Translations under genes and position numbers: made by a program
In this document: in pieces, positions 1-10,990 of the stretch
Layout: the number at the start of each line of letters is the position of its first letter
Position numbering within the stretch: the first letter of the stretch is position 1
Source: an uncultured Methanosarcinaceae archaeon
Lineage (GTDB): Archaea > Halobacteriota > Methanosarcinia > Methanosarcinales > Methanosarcinaceae
Assembly (NCBI GenBank): GCA_963833425.1
Contig: CAWHXP010000008.1
Span: 276,578 to 340,577, forward strand
DNA: 64,000 bases
Reading direction: 5' to 3'
The notes under the pieces: model-generated
What the model was told of the DNA's origin: nothing
The model's database searches: none
The model's input: only the letters and a program-made list of their open reading frames with translations

Positions 1-1831
1 GCATTGTCGAACCTGCTGACAGATAGGCGATGTAATTTTTGTTGAAGGTATTTTGGTTCTCCTTGTACTGTTTAAAGATAGCAAGGGTTATTGCCTTTGA
101 AACAGCGTAATTGAAGGCGTAATAGTTGTTTGTCAAGTAAATATGGTTAATAAAGTCCCAGTCTCCGGAATCTTTAGTGTAGTACTCAACGGAGTCACTT
201 CTGTATTCTTTGGAGAGATTTGTCCAGAGAGCATTTAGTTCAGCTCCTCTAACGATCCCTTTTTCGGCACTCATCTGGTGTGCTTTATATTCAAATTCCG
301 TAATCAGAGGCTGCCTGGTAAAGTAATTTTGGTAATCCCCGATTTGGTTAGAAAGTACCATAATTGCAGTATCTTTATCAGAATTTTCGATCATATGATC
401 AACAAAGAGTTCTTCATTGAAAGTTGAAGGGACTTCCATTTCATATTCCGTACCTGAACAGTAGAGAAAATCAACAGAGTTACCCATCAGATAAAAATTA
501 ATCCCATGCCCAAGTTCATGAGTTATGGCCTTCTGATCATCTATAAGGCCATTATAGTTAATAAAAATTAAAGCTGGAGACCTAATGGCACAAAGGTCAT
601 TACAGTAGCTTCCGGGTTGTTTCCCATGTTCAGGATTTGGATATACATCTATGAAATTGCCAGTTACCATCTTTAAAAAGATTTCATTAAAACGTGGGTC
701 CATCTTGGAATAAGATTTCTGGATCTCCTGTAATGTATCAAAATAAGTATAATTTTTGCTAGGTTGATCCGTCAACTGCAACATGAGGTCATATGGCTTG
801 AGCTTTTCGAGTCCGAGTTTCGTTCTCCTGAACTCGTTATAATCTTCAAATACCCCTTTTCTTTCCTTGAAAACAGTGTTCATATCCGCTACTTGAGCTT
901 GGGTAAGATAGAGACTATAGAGACGTGATTCGTAAGAATTAGTGTAGTTCAGCTGTCTTGCACTGAGATCGTCAAGTCTGGCTTTTTCAGAATATAAAGA
1001 CGCCATAGAATCGGATTCGTTTATCAGATGGTAAAACCTCTTGTCATAACATTTTTTCCTATCTTCGCTTTTATTGTCTGTTGAAAGTAAAGTTTTATAA
1101 GACTGAGAATTGACTGAGAATTCCTTTCCGTCATCAAGAGTTATATTTCCTACCATCGTGATATTATTGGTGATCTCTGTAAGCGCCTTAGTTTCCAGTT
1201 TCATGCGCTGATTGTTGATATCTGCAAGATATGCTGCATGAGACTCATTCATTGGTCTGTGCTCAGCAAACCTCATGTAGGTAGCTTTAAGGTAGGGTCG
1301 ATATATCTCAAGGTTGGGCTCTTCAGAAAAAAGCTTATCCCACTCCTCTTTATGTAGAGAAGTCAACTTTACAGTTGCAAATGAGTCTGCTTTCTCGTGT
1401 TCGCTGCTCAGATTCTGAGAGTCCGAAAGAAGGGAAGCAAAGAACAGATCATTCATATTTTTACTGTTCTGAGTATATGCGTAAGTGTACAGAATTTCAA
1501 GCGATTTGAGAAACTCCTTTTCGGTTTCCAGGTATTCTAACAAAGTAGGCCCCGATAGATTCTCAAATTTCGAACGAAAAGTTTCATTTATCCTCTTGGA
1601 TCTTTTATTCAATGCCTCAAGTTCTTTTAAAGAATTTTCTCTACTTTTAAAGAGATAAGAATCATTCCATTTCGTTGTAATATTATTGGGATTAAGCTTT
1701 TCAAATGTATGATTTTTGCTTATAATTTCAGAATGTTTCTCTAGATCAGCAGAAACACTCATTATCGAAAAAACTGCACAAATTAGTAATATTTCAAGAA
1801 CTTCGGGCCCTTTAATTATTTTTCGTCTCAT
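1..1831 (-). CDS. M3B family oligoendopeptidase F-like zinc peptidase with signal peptide (3' end runs off the window)
   Basis: Not in the ORF track; translated by hand from ATG at 1831 (GAGGT SD upstream): MRRKIIKGPEVLEILLICAVFSIMSVSA..., KPYDL, HGKQPGSYC, zinc motif THELGH (~506-523), downstream EVPSTFNE. Confidence 0.9.
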   Translation of the reverse strand, partial: MRRKIIKGPEVLEILLICAVFSIMSVSADLEKHSEIISKNHTFEKLNPNNITTKWNDSYLFKSRENSLKELEALNKRSKRINETFRSKFENLSGPTLLEYLETEKEFLKSLEILYTYAYTQNSKNMNDLFFASLLSDSQNLSSEHEKADSFATVKLTSLHKEEWDKLFSEEPNLEIYRPYLKATYMRFAEHRPMNESHAAYLADINNQRMKLETKALTEITNNITMVGNITLDDGKEFSVNSQSYKTLLSTDNKSEDRKKCYDKRFYHLINESDSMASLYSEKARLDDLSARQLNYTNSYESRLYSLYLTQAQVADMNTVFKERKGVFEDYNEFRRTKLGLEKLKPYDLMLQLTDQPSKNYTYFDTLQEIQKSYSKMDPRFNEIFLKMVTGNFIDVYPNPEHGKQPGSYCNDLCAIRSPALIFINYNGLIDDQKAITHELGHGINFYLMGNSVDFLYCSGTEYEMEVPSTFNEELFVDHMIENSDKDTAIMVLSNQIGDYQNYFTRQPLITEFEYKAHQMSAEKGIVRGAELNALWTNLSKEYRSDSVEYYTKDSGDWDFINHIYLTNNYYAFNYAVSKAITLAIFKQYKENQNTFNKNYIAYLSAGSTM

Positions 1832-2583
1832 AAAAACCTCTACCCTATCTATTCCACATATAGCTTTTATTCCTTGTAATTTATATTGATTCAATGCCAT
1901 ATATTAATTTTCAGATGTGAAATTTAGACTGAATAGAGACGTTAACAAAGATGAATTTAGCTTGACTTTGTCAGATTAGCTTCTTTTTCCAAACTCAGCA
2001 CTTCGCTAAGAATCCCTCATCGATGTAAGGCCGATAAAGGATTATGAGACTTTTGATTATTTTATGATGTTTTTGAATAAGCTGTCCATGTTCTCTACAT
2101 CTGTGGGAGAATTCTCATACATCATCCGTTTCCAATTCTATTTATATTTCAATCTCATTTTGTTTATTTCCGATACACTCCTCAAATATACAGAATAAAT
2201 ATCATTAATAGTTTTGCCTGTGACTACATATTATATTTATGAATCTTAGTTTTGTTTAGTCCGTGGGTGCTGACCTTATAAGTTACTTCAATACATACTG
2301 AAAATTTATCTTTACCCTCACAGACTACAAAGAACTAAAATTAAAATATTTCCCTCCCATCACATCGTTAAAATCCGGTCAAGAGGGATTGAAGCATGAT
2401 TTGAATTGCTCGCATATGCATTATGAGTGATGATATAATATTTGTGAGATATAAACATATGAGAAGTATCGAAAAGATCAAAACATTATATATATCTTTA
2501 TATATAAATAATAATTATTTTTGTCTTCAAGTTGTTGAAAAAATGGCTTAGACGTATTGAGAATAGGTCTTGAAAAAAAATCC

Positions 2584-2668
2584 TGCGAAAGGTGCGATTC
2601 GAGCGCATGAACTCCAACGAGAATAGGCTCACAACCTATCGCCCTTGACCTGGCTGGGCAACCCTAGT
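2584..2668 (-). pseudogene. Degenerate tRNA-Leu-like gene (class II body; anticodon now reads GTG)
   Basis: Reverse complement ACTAGGG-TT-GCCC-AGCCAGGTCAA-GGGC-G-ATAGG-TTGTGAG-CCTAT-TCTCGTTGGAGTTC-ATGCG-CTCGAAT-CGCAC-CTTTCGC-A (85 nt). D and anticodon stems pair; acceptor stem has two mismatches, T-stem one, T-loop is CTCGAAT. Confidence 0.8.
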
Positions 2669-2696
2669 ATATATCGGTTACTTCTCAATAATATAT

Positions 2697-2751
2697 AGTC
2701 CTCTATATTGAACTCTAAATCCAGCACCTTGACCTTGTTAGGCAATTCTGC
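2697..2751 (-). pseudogene. Second, more decayed tRNA-Leu(TAG)-like 5' fragment
   Basis: Reverse complement GCAGAATTGCCTAACAAGGTCAAGGTGCTGGATTTAGAGTTCAA resembles the D-arm (AGGTCAA) and anticodon arm (loop TTTAGAG) of tRNA-Leu; no T-arm. Confidence 0.5.
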
Positions 2752-4049
2752 ATTTAACGGATATATTAGGAAATATCAGGCAGTCAACCTGTATCACAAG
2801 CACAGGCTTTAAGAAAAGCTCACAGCTTAATTTCTTTTACTGAATGCATGGATTTACCCTTTTGGCAGCTGACGAAATGGCTGTAATAGGCTGAGAATAG
2901 GTCATTAAAACTACATTATTACTTATCAAATATCTTTAATCCTTAAATATACAAGTTCCTTTGAGTCAATAGAAACAAAAAATTATATTACCTTTTAACG
3001 CAAATTAGTCAATTATAACCTGTCAATAGGCTTTACTTTCTTGCGTCATGTTTATATTCGCAGGATTAATTCTTATATGTGGTTGTCAAATTTGATGGGG
3101 ACGAGCAAATTTTTGAAAAAAAGGTTAACTTTTAAAATAACTTTCATGTAAAAAGGCGACAAAAATTGCCCTTACCAGGCTTAAAAAAGCTATTTAAACC
3201 TTATATTCAATTAACGAATTAAGTATACTTTTGAACACCATATCTGTTAAAGGATAAGATTTTGAGTTGTTCGAACTCGTTTCAGATCCTATATCGAATC
3301 GAACACGTAAAATTCAATATAATATCAACCACGGAATATAAGGAAACATTGAGCTTAATCTTCCTTTTTTCCGTGCTTTCAGCGATTCACTTTTTCATTA
3401 AAATTATAGTCAACGAATGGATTAAGTGCACTTTTGACTTTATTCTCGAAATAAAATCTGAATTATAAAATGAAAGATTCTCTTAGATGCTATATTTGAT
3501 GGAACACAAAATGAGAATAAGCCAGACCAAGGAAGAGATTATTTATAACTCCAATAATTGTTTTATCTTCATAGGAAACAATCTTTAGTGTTTTTTATTC
3601 GCATAAAAGAAGAATAAAAGCTGCACTTGTCGGTAATTTGTCGGGTACTTCACAATCCAAAACTACCTTTTCTTTTGTGGCTATAACGTTAGCGAATTGA
3701 TATCACATCCTCTTCCATTCTTTCTTGCTCAATCACCATCAAAATACAAGGTTCCATCAAAATTGGTATTTGAGACTTTCTAATATCTTCTCGTGTAGCA
3801 AAATTTAAATTAATTCCGCTAGTAATCAATTACATTTAATCAAAAACTCAAAAAATAACCAAAATTCTCTGAAAAAATTGTATTTTTTGGACAGCTACAT
3901 GATTAGTTATATTAAAACATTGTAGCATTTGCTAAAAAAATCCAAGGGAATGTAACAAGTCGAGATAACCGACTGAGTCAATTCAAAACACAGAAAATAA
4001 TAAAAAATTTCTGACAAAAAAGAAGAAAGGATAAAATAAATGCCCGAGT

Positions 4050-4900
4050 TTCTAGAAGCTGGCTTCAACTAAGAGCTGTTCTTTTTCCCCCATTTTGATA
4101 AGAGTCAAGCATATGCGCTGTGAGACTTCTTTATCAATAAGTTTCCTGCTTATACATGCCTGCAAAAGACCAGATTGGATGATTTCCAACAAGATGCTGT
4201 ACGAGGGTTCCGGCTTGGTTTTAGGGCTCAAGAAATCGCGAAGAATTTCGATATCTTTACAGATTTTTTCCGAGCAGGCCTCAGAAAGGAAGCGAGATGC
4301 TGCATTGAGATAATGTATCCGGATACGAAACTAAGGTCACTTTTTAATAAGAGATATATTTTGTAAGAAGTCTTTCGCAGAAGACTTCACCGAGTTTTTT
4401 CCTTGCTTCTTCAGGATCCAGGCCTGTACCTATGAATTTTGCCGACAAGCCCATGGATTAGAGAGCACAGGTAAATTTGTTTGCTCTTGGAGATGCAGGT
4501 TTTCTGCAGCATACGGGTTTCAAGATATTTTCCGATATCTGTGCGGCAGAGTCTGATCAGGTCTTAGATATCAGGAGCATTTCTCGAATAACAGCTATTT
4601 CCTTTGTGCATCAAGCGATCTGTTGGTGAGAAAGAAGGTCAGCGTCCTATTTATTATAGGCGCAAGCTCCCTGAAAATTCTGAGACCATCTGGGCATTTT
4701 GATGGTAAGGAGTTGCCTTTCCCTCGTAATCCGTCATTATTCGTCACAGTCGAATATTACTGCAGCCTCCAGAGCTTCTCCGGTCTTTTCCTGCGTTGAG
4801 ATATACTTTGACGCAGAATCCGAGTGCTGGATGCACATTACCTTGGGAAAGATTGTTTTCCTGCTCATGAAATCCAATCCTCGTAGCTACACCGAAGAAA
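4050..4900 (-). pseudogene. Possible decayed hypothetical gene
   Basis: GC-richer than flanks, with protein-like stretches in shifting frames (GLDPEEARKKLGEVFCERLL; IHYLNAASRFLSEACSEKICKDIEILRDFL); family not recognised. Confidence 0.3.
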
Positions 4901-5563
4901 CTTTTAAACTTCATTCTTTATATACCCACAGAGAAGCCATTTTTTTAACCATAGAATAGTTAATAATACCAGAAGAAATGTTTACTTCTGGATAAATTGT
5001 TTCGTTAGCAGTGGGTTGATAGATTGATATAGGTCTTGTTACTAGAAATAGTCGTTTTCCAACTATTATTATATTTCTGGCCTGAAACATTGAATTTGCC
5101 GGAGAAAAATTTTCTTCAATTAAACTTAGTATTAAAGATCAAAGATAGAAATTTTAGGATGTCCAAAGGACTGTAATCTATTTTAAAATCGAGTGATTTT
5201 CAATTTTGCAACCGTTACTGAACATCGATTTTCTCTAAATAAAATCTGGAAATATTTTATAAAAATAAAAATATAATTTTTTTCAAATTAAAGTAAAAAT
5301 ATTAATAATTTGATCGAAACTAAGAATATATATATGTTTTTACTTTACAAATCTGCTATCAATGAGGATAATATAAATATAATATTTGTCAGTAAAAACT
5401 ATTGTCTCAGCATCCAATTTTTGTAGTTGGAGAATATGGATACAGAGATTCTCAGATTTTACAGAACTTCCCGTAAACTACCAAAAAAATCCTAGTAAAA
5501 AAGATCTGTTTATTATTGACGGTTCAATTTCCCGAAGGGAAAAAGGCAAATGACTGATTGTTT

Positions 5564-6550
5564 ATGGACGAGAATATCATACATGTAAATGACCTTGAGT
5601 ATTTTTTCGGCGAGGTGAAGACGGTCGATAACATCAATTTTACAGTTCGGGAAGGAGAGGTATTTTCTTTTCTCGGACCAAATGGAGCAGGGAAAAGTAC
5701 TGTGATCAATGTCCTTACTACTCTTCTGCCTATGCAGAAGGGAAACGTAAGTATTGCAGGGTATGATCTGAGAACACAGCCTGAAAAAGTGAGGGAGTCC
5801 ATAGGTATTGTTTTTCAGGAGACGACCCTTGACAGAAATATGACTGTGAGGGAGATCCTAGAATATCATGGAAGGCTCTATTCCATGCCAAAAACTGCAA
5901 GGCGGGTTCGAGTTGATGAACTGCTTGACTTGGTCGAGCTCGAAGGAAAACGTGATACTCTAACAAGGTATCTAAGCGGTGGAATGAAACGCAGGCTTGA
6001 GATCGCAAGAGGGCTTATGACGAAGCCGAGAGTGCTTTTCATGGACGAGCCTACACTAGGGCTCGACCTTCAGACAAGGATAAGGATTTGGGATTATGTA
6101 AAGGGTATTAACCAGCAAGGTACAACCGTTTTTTTAACAACCCATTATATGGATGAAGCTGATCATCTCAGTGATAGGATAAGCATTATAGATCATGGGA
6201 AGATAATTGTCGCGGGCAAGCCCTGGGAATTAAAAAACGCTCTTGGAAAGGATCTTATATACTTGGAAACTAGCGACAACTCGGGGGCCGGAGAACTGCT
6301 GAAGAAGCTAGGCAGTGTAAAAGGTATTAAGGAAAAAACGAAAGGGATAGTTGTTATGGTCAATGTGGATGGCACATATTTGCTTCCTGAGATCATGGAT
6401 GAGCTTCGAACTGGTGGGATTACAATCAAGGCCGTTAACCTAAAAAAACCATCAATAGATGATGTTTTTGTCCATTATACCGGGAGAGAATTAAGAGATG
6501 TAGAAACAGAAAAGGGTTATGAAGTATATTGGAAGGCAAGAGGACATTAA
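5564..6550 (+). CDS. DrrA-type ABC transporter ATP-binding protein
   Basis: Walker A GPNGAGKS, signature LSGGMKRR, Walker B LFMDEPT, H-loop TTHYM, C-terminal KPSIDDVFVHYTGR. Confidence 0.95.
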   Translation: MDENIIHVNDLEYFFGEVKTVDNINFTVREGEVFSFLGPNGAGKSTVINVLTTLLPMQKGNVSIAGYDLRTQPEKVRESIGIVFQETTLDRNMTVREILEYHGRLYSMPKTARRVRVDELLDLVELEGKRDTLTRYLSGGMKRRLEIARGLMTKPRVLFMDEPTLGLDLQTRIRIWDYVKGINQQGTTVFLTTHYMDEADHLSDRISIIDHGKIIVAGKPWELKNALGKDLIYLETSDNSGAGELLKKLGSVKGIKEKTKGIVVMVNVDGTYLLPEIMDELRTGGITIKAVNLKKPSIDDVFVHYTGRELRDVETEKGYEVYWKARGH

Positions 6551-6553
6551 GCT

Positions 6554-7258
6554 ATGCATACCGGATTTCTTACTATTTATTGGCGAGAAATGCTAAGATT
6601 TGTCCGATTTCCAGCCCTGCTGTTCGCTACACTTATCCAGCCTGCCCTATGGCTAGCTTTTTTGGAATTGCAATGTCAAATAGTTTTGATAGGCTGCCAC
6701 CAACCTTGCCCCGATTCTAGGCATCAGGACGGTAGGCTTCCTGACCTTCATAGCTGCAGGCGTTATTGCCATGAACACGATTTTTACGAGCCTCTTAGGA
6801 GGAACTGTGTTGCTCTTCGGACTCTGATTGGATTCAAATTTTTTGAAGGTTACACTGAGCTACAGGTTTTTGTTTCATTGTTTGATTTATGCTTTTTATA
6901 GGGATATTTTCTCTCGGATTTATTTTTCTTTCAGTTGCGATCGCAATAACTATGGACAGTCCGGAATGTATGTGAACAGTAATAACTCTGCTTAATATAC
7001 CTTTCTTTTTCACGAGCAATGCACTTTACCCTGTGAACTTTTTCCCCCTATATTCAGAGCTCTGTCCGCAGTAAATCCACTAAATTATCTCATCAATGGG
7101 ATCAGATATTTCAAATAGGAAACGATTTCTCACCAATAGGAATCTATTACACTTATACTCAGGGAGAAGTTCTTGTTTCGTTTTTAGATCTTGGGGCTTT
7201 TGCAGGAATAATGCTTCTTGTTTCGCAGCGAAGATTGAACAAGGTTACCGTTTTATGA
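6554..7258 (+). pseudogene. ABC-2 type permease, multiply frameshifted
   Basis: Starts MHTGFLTIYWREMLRFVR...LIQPALWL; pieces such as LNIPFFFTSNALYP and AVNPLNYLING lie in different frames. Confidence 0.85.
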
Positions 7259-7427
7259 GTCAAGTACCCGAAAATACAAGAGAATGCTACCATAAAAGAC
7301 TGCTAGCATTAAAGGAATAATTTGAAGGTATGTAACCACACTAGTACGGTAAAAATCAAACTTGCGTTTGTGTACATCGTTGCAAGTAACGGGTTATGTT
7401 CGCGCCGGCGTTCCTTTTAAAGTTTTA

Positions 7428-7966
7428 TTAGCAGATAGAAAAGACTGAATTCATTTCATCTATAGCAGGTGGATACGCTGGATTCTTATCAACAGTTATT
7501 ACTCTTGGAATTTGATTATGATTCGAACTTGAAGCTTTCTTAAAGAATCTCTTCGCCGCTTTTCGGTTTCGTTTTGCACTTAACATGAAATCGATTGTAT
7601 CTCCATTTAAGTCAACTGCTCGGTAAAAATATTTCCATTTACCTTGTACTTTGATATAGGTTTCATCAACTCTCCACGAATAGTTTGTGGGTCTGAAATG
7701 TCTTCTTATATTCTTTTCTATTTCAGGGGAATATTGATGCACTCATCTCATTATAGTACTGTGATCAACTTGAATTCCTCTTTCTATCATCATTTCCTTT
7801 AAATTTCTATAGCTCAGTAGGTATTTTAAGTACCATATCACCTTCAATAGGATAATTTCTCCTTCATAATGCTTCCATTTAAAGGAATTAGATAGCAATT
7901 ACTATCTATCTTTGGTTTTCTTTTTATTCTATTGTATCATTAGAAAGGATTTTTTGCAACGGAACC
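7428..7966 (-). mobile_element. IS6-family element remnant (one TIR plus truncated transposase)
   Basis: TIR GGTTCCGTTGCAAAA ending at 7966; FKWKHYEGEIILL...VDHSTIMR*VHQY (TGA at 7743-7745)...WRVDETYIKV...ITVDKNPAYP, then truncated; second TIR not seen. Confidence 0.9.
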
Positions 7967-7973
7967 GTCAATC

Positions 7974-8381
7974 CTAACGATTTCTTTTTAATTTAATTAA
8001 CACCTCTTTCATTGAAATGCGAGAAGAAGGCTCATGTGCAAATTCTGCTAATTGCTTTAGGCGTGATACTTTTTTCTTTATGGCTGCTTCTCTTAAGCTT
8101 AACAGCGAAGAACCAATCGTAATAAAGTGATTTCGATCAGTACCTGGAGTGTACTGCACGAGATCAAAAGCGGGATAGGATCCTCCACGAGCAAAAGCTA
8201 CTATTGAGGGGTCTGAACAGATCTGATCACCGATGTGATTTCGATTTTTAAAATGAGGTTCATTATCATATCCTTCGATCTCTATGTCCAGATGGTACAT
8301 TTTACCAGAAGAAGACATAGGGCACTCAAATTCGCCCCAATAATAGATTAAGTCATTTTCATGCCCTGCTTTGGTACTCAT
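7974..8381 (-). CDS. Hypothetical protein, probably 5'-truncated or chimeric
   Basis: 135-aa ORF with no recognised motif; its ATG overlaps a gene fragment on the opposite strand (8363-8680). Confidence 0.45.
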   Translation of the reverse strand: MSTKAGHENDLIYYWGEFECPMSSSGKMYHLDIEIEGYDNEPHFKNRNHIGDQICSDPSIVAFARGGSYPAFDLVQYTPGTDRNHFITIGSSLLSLREAAIKKKVSRLKQLAEFAHEPSSRISMKEVLIKLKRNR

Positions 8382-8680
8382 ATACAGATTTCAATGAGTG
8401 TATATGGATACCAAGACAAGACCAATATCAAGAAATCTGTATAAACTTTTTTGCACATAATCTTCGATTATCGAGACATGACGCATTCTCACGATTTTTG
8501 GAATGGTACTTCAGTTGCCTTAAAGAGACCGCTGAAACAGGGATAAATTATGTGAATAATGGCAAATATGAATATATTGATTCGTGTGACGAGTTGATGT
8601 TGTTATATACTATGAGTATGTTGCACGGTAAAAAATGGGAAGGGGAAAACTGGGTAAGGTCAGTTCTTGGGTATTATTAG
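8363..8680 (+). pseudogene. 5'-truncated hypothetical protein, paralog of 54770-55006
   Basis: Open frame ALLWYSYTDFNECIWIPRQDQYQEICINFF...HGKKWEGENWVR; CIWIPRQDQYQEICINFF aligns with CIWLPRQNQLQEISIEFF near 54860. Confidence 0.75.
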
Positions 8681-8923
8681 TGCGAGTTCTCGCTCAATCA
8701 TTCTGTCACAATTTGGCACTCCAACCGAACTCTCGGAAACGTTCGACGAACTTCTCAGGTTATCGCCAAGGTAAATAACGGCTTGTCCATGCAAAGGCCG
8801 TGAGACTCTGTCATCAGGTGACCAGAAATTTATAAAGGTAAATCGAAATCCTTTATAAAAGTTAAAATAAACCAGGAGCTGAAAGTAAAAAGAAATTGTA
8901 AGAGAGATTTCAGTTTCAGTATT

Positions 8924-10021
8924 TCAAGTAAACTCGTAGTTGCACCTGCCTCCCTCAGGATCAAAACATCGATTACAGGATACACACATTGCCCTTTTAG
9001 CTTTCCCAAACTTAAGTTTCGAGACAAGATCTGGCTCGCAGATTAATGGCCTACTCATGGAAACCAAATCTGCAAACCCTCCTTCAAGCAGATTTTTCAT
9101 AACAGAAAGGGACCGAATGCCCCCTACAAGCATTACAGGGATATTTACTGCTTTTTTTATTGCTTTAGAATATTCTCTAAAATATGCTTCTTCAACAGGA
9201 GAATTAATTGCGGTTCTTACGGTTGCTTCCCCTGCCTCACTTATCCCTCCACTAACTTCAATTGAGCACACTCCAGCTTTCTCCAGAAGTTTTGCAGTCT
9301 CCATAACTTGCAAAATAGTAATTCCAAGCTCTGTTTTTTGCGAACCCGGCTTGAAACCATCCGTTGCATTCAATTTGACAAAAATAGGGAAATCAGCTCC
9401 AGCTAGTTCTTTTATTCGCTTGACAATCTCTGTTACTATTCTTGCTCTGTTTTCCACTGAGCCACCCCAGTGATCAGCTCTTCTATTTGTATATGGGGAA
9501 ATGAAATTACTTAAAAGGAAGCCATGGGCACAATGGAGCTGTACGCCGTCAAAACCTGCTTTTTTTGCCCGGATAGCTGCTTTTGTAAAGGCCTCAATTA
9601 CTTCCAGTATTTCCTGTTCAGTCATTTCCCTAGGTACAACTCCCGAGAATTCATCTTTGATTTCTGAAGGAGCCATAGGGACCGGGTATTCTTCAGAAAT
9701 TGCTGCCTGCCTCCCTCCATGCACTATCTGAAGTACAATTTTGCTTCTGTACCTGTGCACCATTTCGGTTATCTTCATATAGGGTTCAATAAAACGATCA
9801 TCATAGATTCCTTGCTGGTAAATCACACTCTGGCCACTAGGAAGTACATAAGAAAATCCTGTTATGATCAACCCGACGTCATTTTTTGCAAGTTCCTCGT
9901 AGAGATTCCCTAACTTTGAAGTGGGCTTTCCATCTTTTTCAGCCATGGATTCATGTGTTGCGGCTCTTACAAATCGATTCTTGAGATCCATGTTGCATAA
10001 GGTGATTGGATCAAAAATCAT
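8924..10021 (-). CDS. NADH:flavin oxidoreductase (old yellow enzyme family)
   Basis: LKNRFVRAATHE, LQIVHGGRQ, AGFDGVQLHCAHGFLLSNFISPYTNRRADHWGGSVENRAR, C-terminal CVSCNRC; start set at MIFDP. Confidence 0.95.
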   Translation of the reverse strand: MIFDPITLCNMDLKNRFVRAATHESMAEKDGKPTSKLGNLYEELAKNDVGLIITGFSYVLPSGQSVIYQQGIYDDRFIEPYMKITEMVHRYRSKIVLQIVHGGRQAAISEEYPVPMAPSEIKDEFSGVVPREMTEQEILEVIEAFTKAAIRAKKAGFDGVQLHCAHGFLLSNFISPYTNRRADHWGGSVENRARIVTEIVKRIKELAGADFPIFVKLNATDGFKPGSQKTELGITILQVMETAKLLEKAGVCSIEVSGGISEAGEATVRTAINSPVEEAYFREYSKAIKKAVNIPVMLVGGIRSLSVMKNLLEGGFADLVSMSRPLICEPDLVSKLKFGKAKRAMCVSCNRCFDPEGGRCNYEFT

Positions 10022-10151
10022 GGAAAATAGTAAGAGAGAGCAGGATAAATAATTATCCAGCATTCCTAAAAAAGAAAGTTTTTACCCAATAATTTTTTGA
10101 TAACTCGATCATTCCATATAAGAAAATAGACTGAAGCCTTTTCCTACCCGC

Positions 10152-10629
10152 CAATAAATGACTTAATTTCAGTTCTACAGTAGGTTTCTAATTTTCCTTG
10201 GTGGACACCCATCCTACTCAAAAAAAGGCTTAATTAGTTCCACAATCTATCTTATGCTGCTTTATTAAATGAGCCTATGTGGCTAGGCTGATCTTAAATT
10301 TCAAAAAAGTTGATCTTGTAGCTGCAGGGGGTCCTTGCCTGCAGCTGAGAGAATGCCCAAGTAAAGGTTCCAGAAAACCTTTGAATTAAAACTAGATTTA
10401 ATTTTATATATATTTTTTGCATATATTCTAAATAATACTAACCTAAACTAATTAGTAATTGAAATTACGTATTCCATATCTCGTAATTGTAGCATAAGAT
10501 AACGTTCAATGTTAGTCAATAAATGACTTAATCTCAGGTCCTACAACAGACTGATAATTAATTCTAAGTGAATACCTAACTCACTTGAGAAAGTGCCATA
10601 AATCGCCCCACAAACGCTCTTCTCCTGCT
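10152..10629. repeat. Two degenerate ~110-bp direct repeats (10152-10261, 10517-10629)
   Basis: Both begin CAATAAATGACTTAAT.TCAG and end CCACAA.C..TCTT.T.CTGCT; a third homolog lies on the opposite strand at ~53190-53295. Confidence 0.7.
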
Positions 10630-10990
10630 CTAGATATTACCAGAATTCGTGTTTTATTATGTTTTTTTAAATTATTATATTTGAATTTTTATTATTTTAA
10701 AGTAATATAAGTATATAAAAAAAATCTCATGGGTACTTACCGTGCAAATCCGGCAAAATATGGGGATTCAGTTTTGTCGAAAAACGACTTGTTCTCAGGC
10801 TACTTGTGAGACTTTTATTGAGAGTTTCATGTAAAAATCATTGCTCTGCTTAGAAAATGTCTCTAACGACCTTATAATGGCTCATATTTGAATTGACGCC
10901 TATAAACCTCGCTTCTATGCAAAATAAAACGAACTAAATATTAAATACAAGACTAACTAATATTAATTGTAAAGTAAAAACGGTGAACTT

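Noticed and set aside
8450..8480. dif- or attC-like site TGCACATAATCTTCGATTATCG
   Set aside because: It lies in frame inside the 8363-8680 gene fragment (FAHNLRLSR), so coding sequence explains it.
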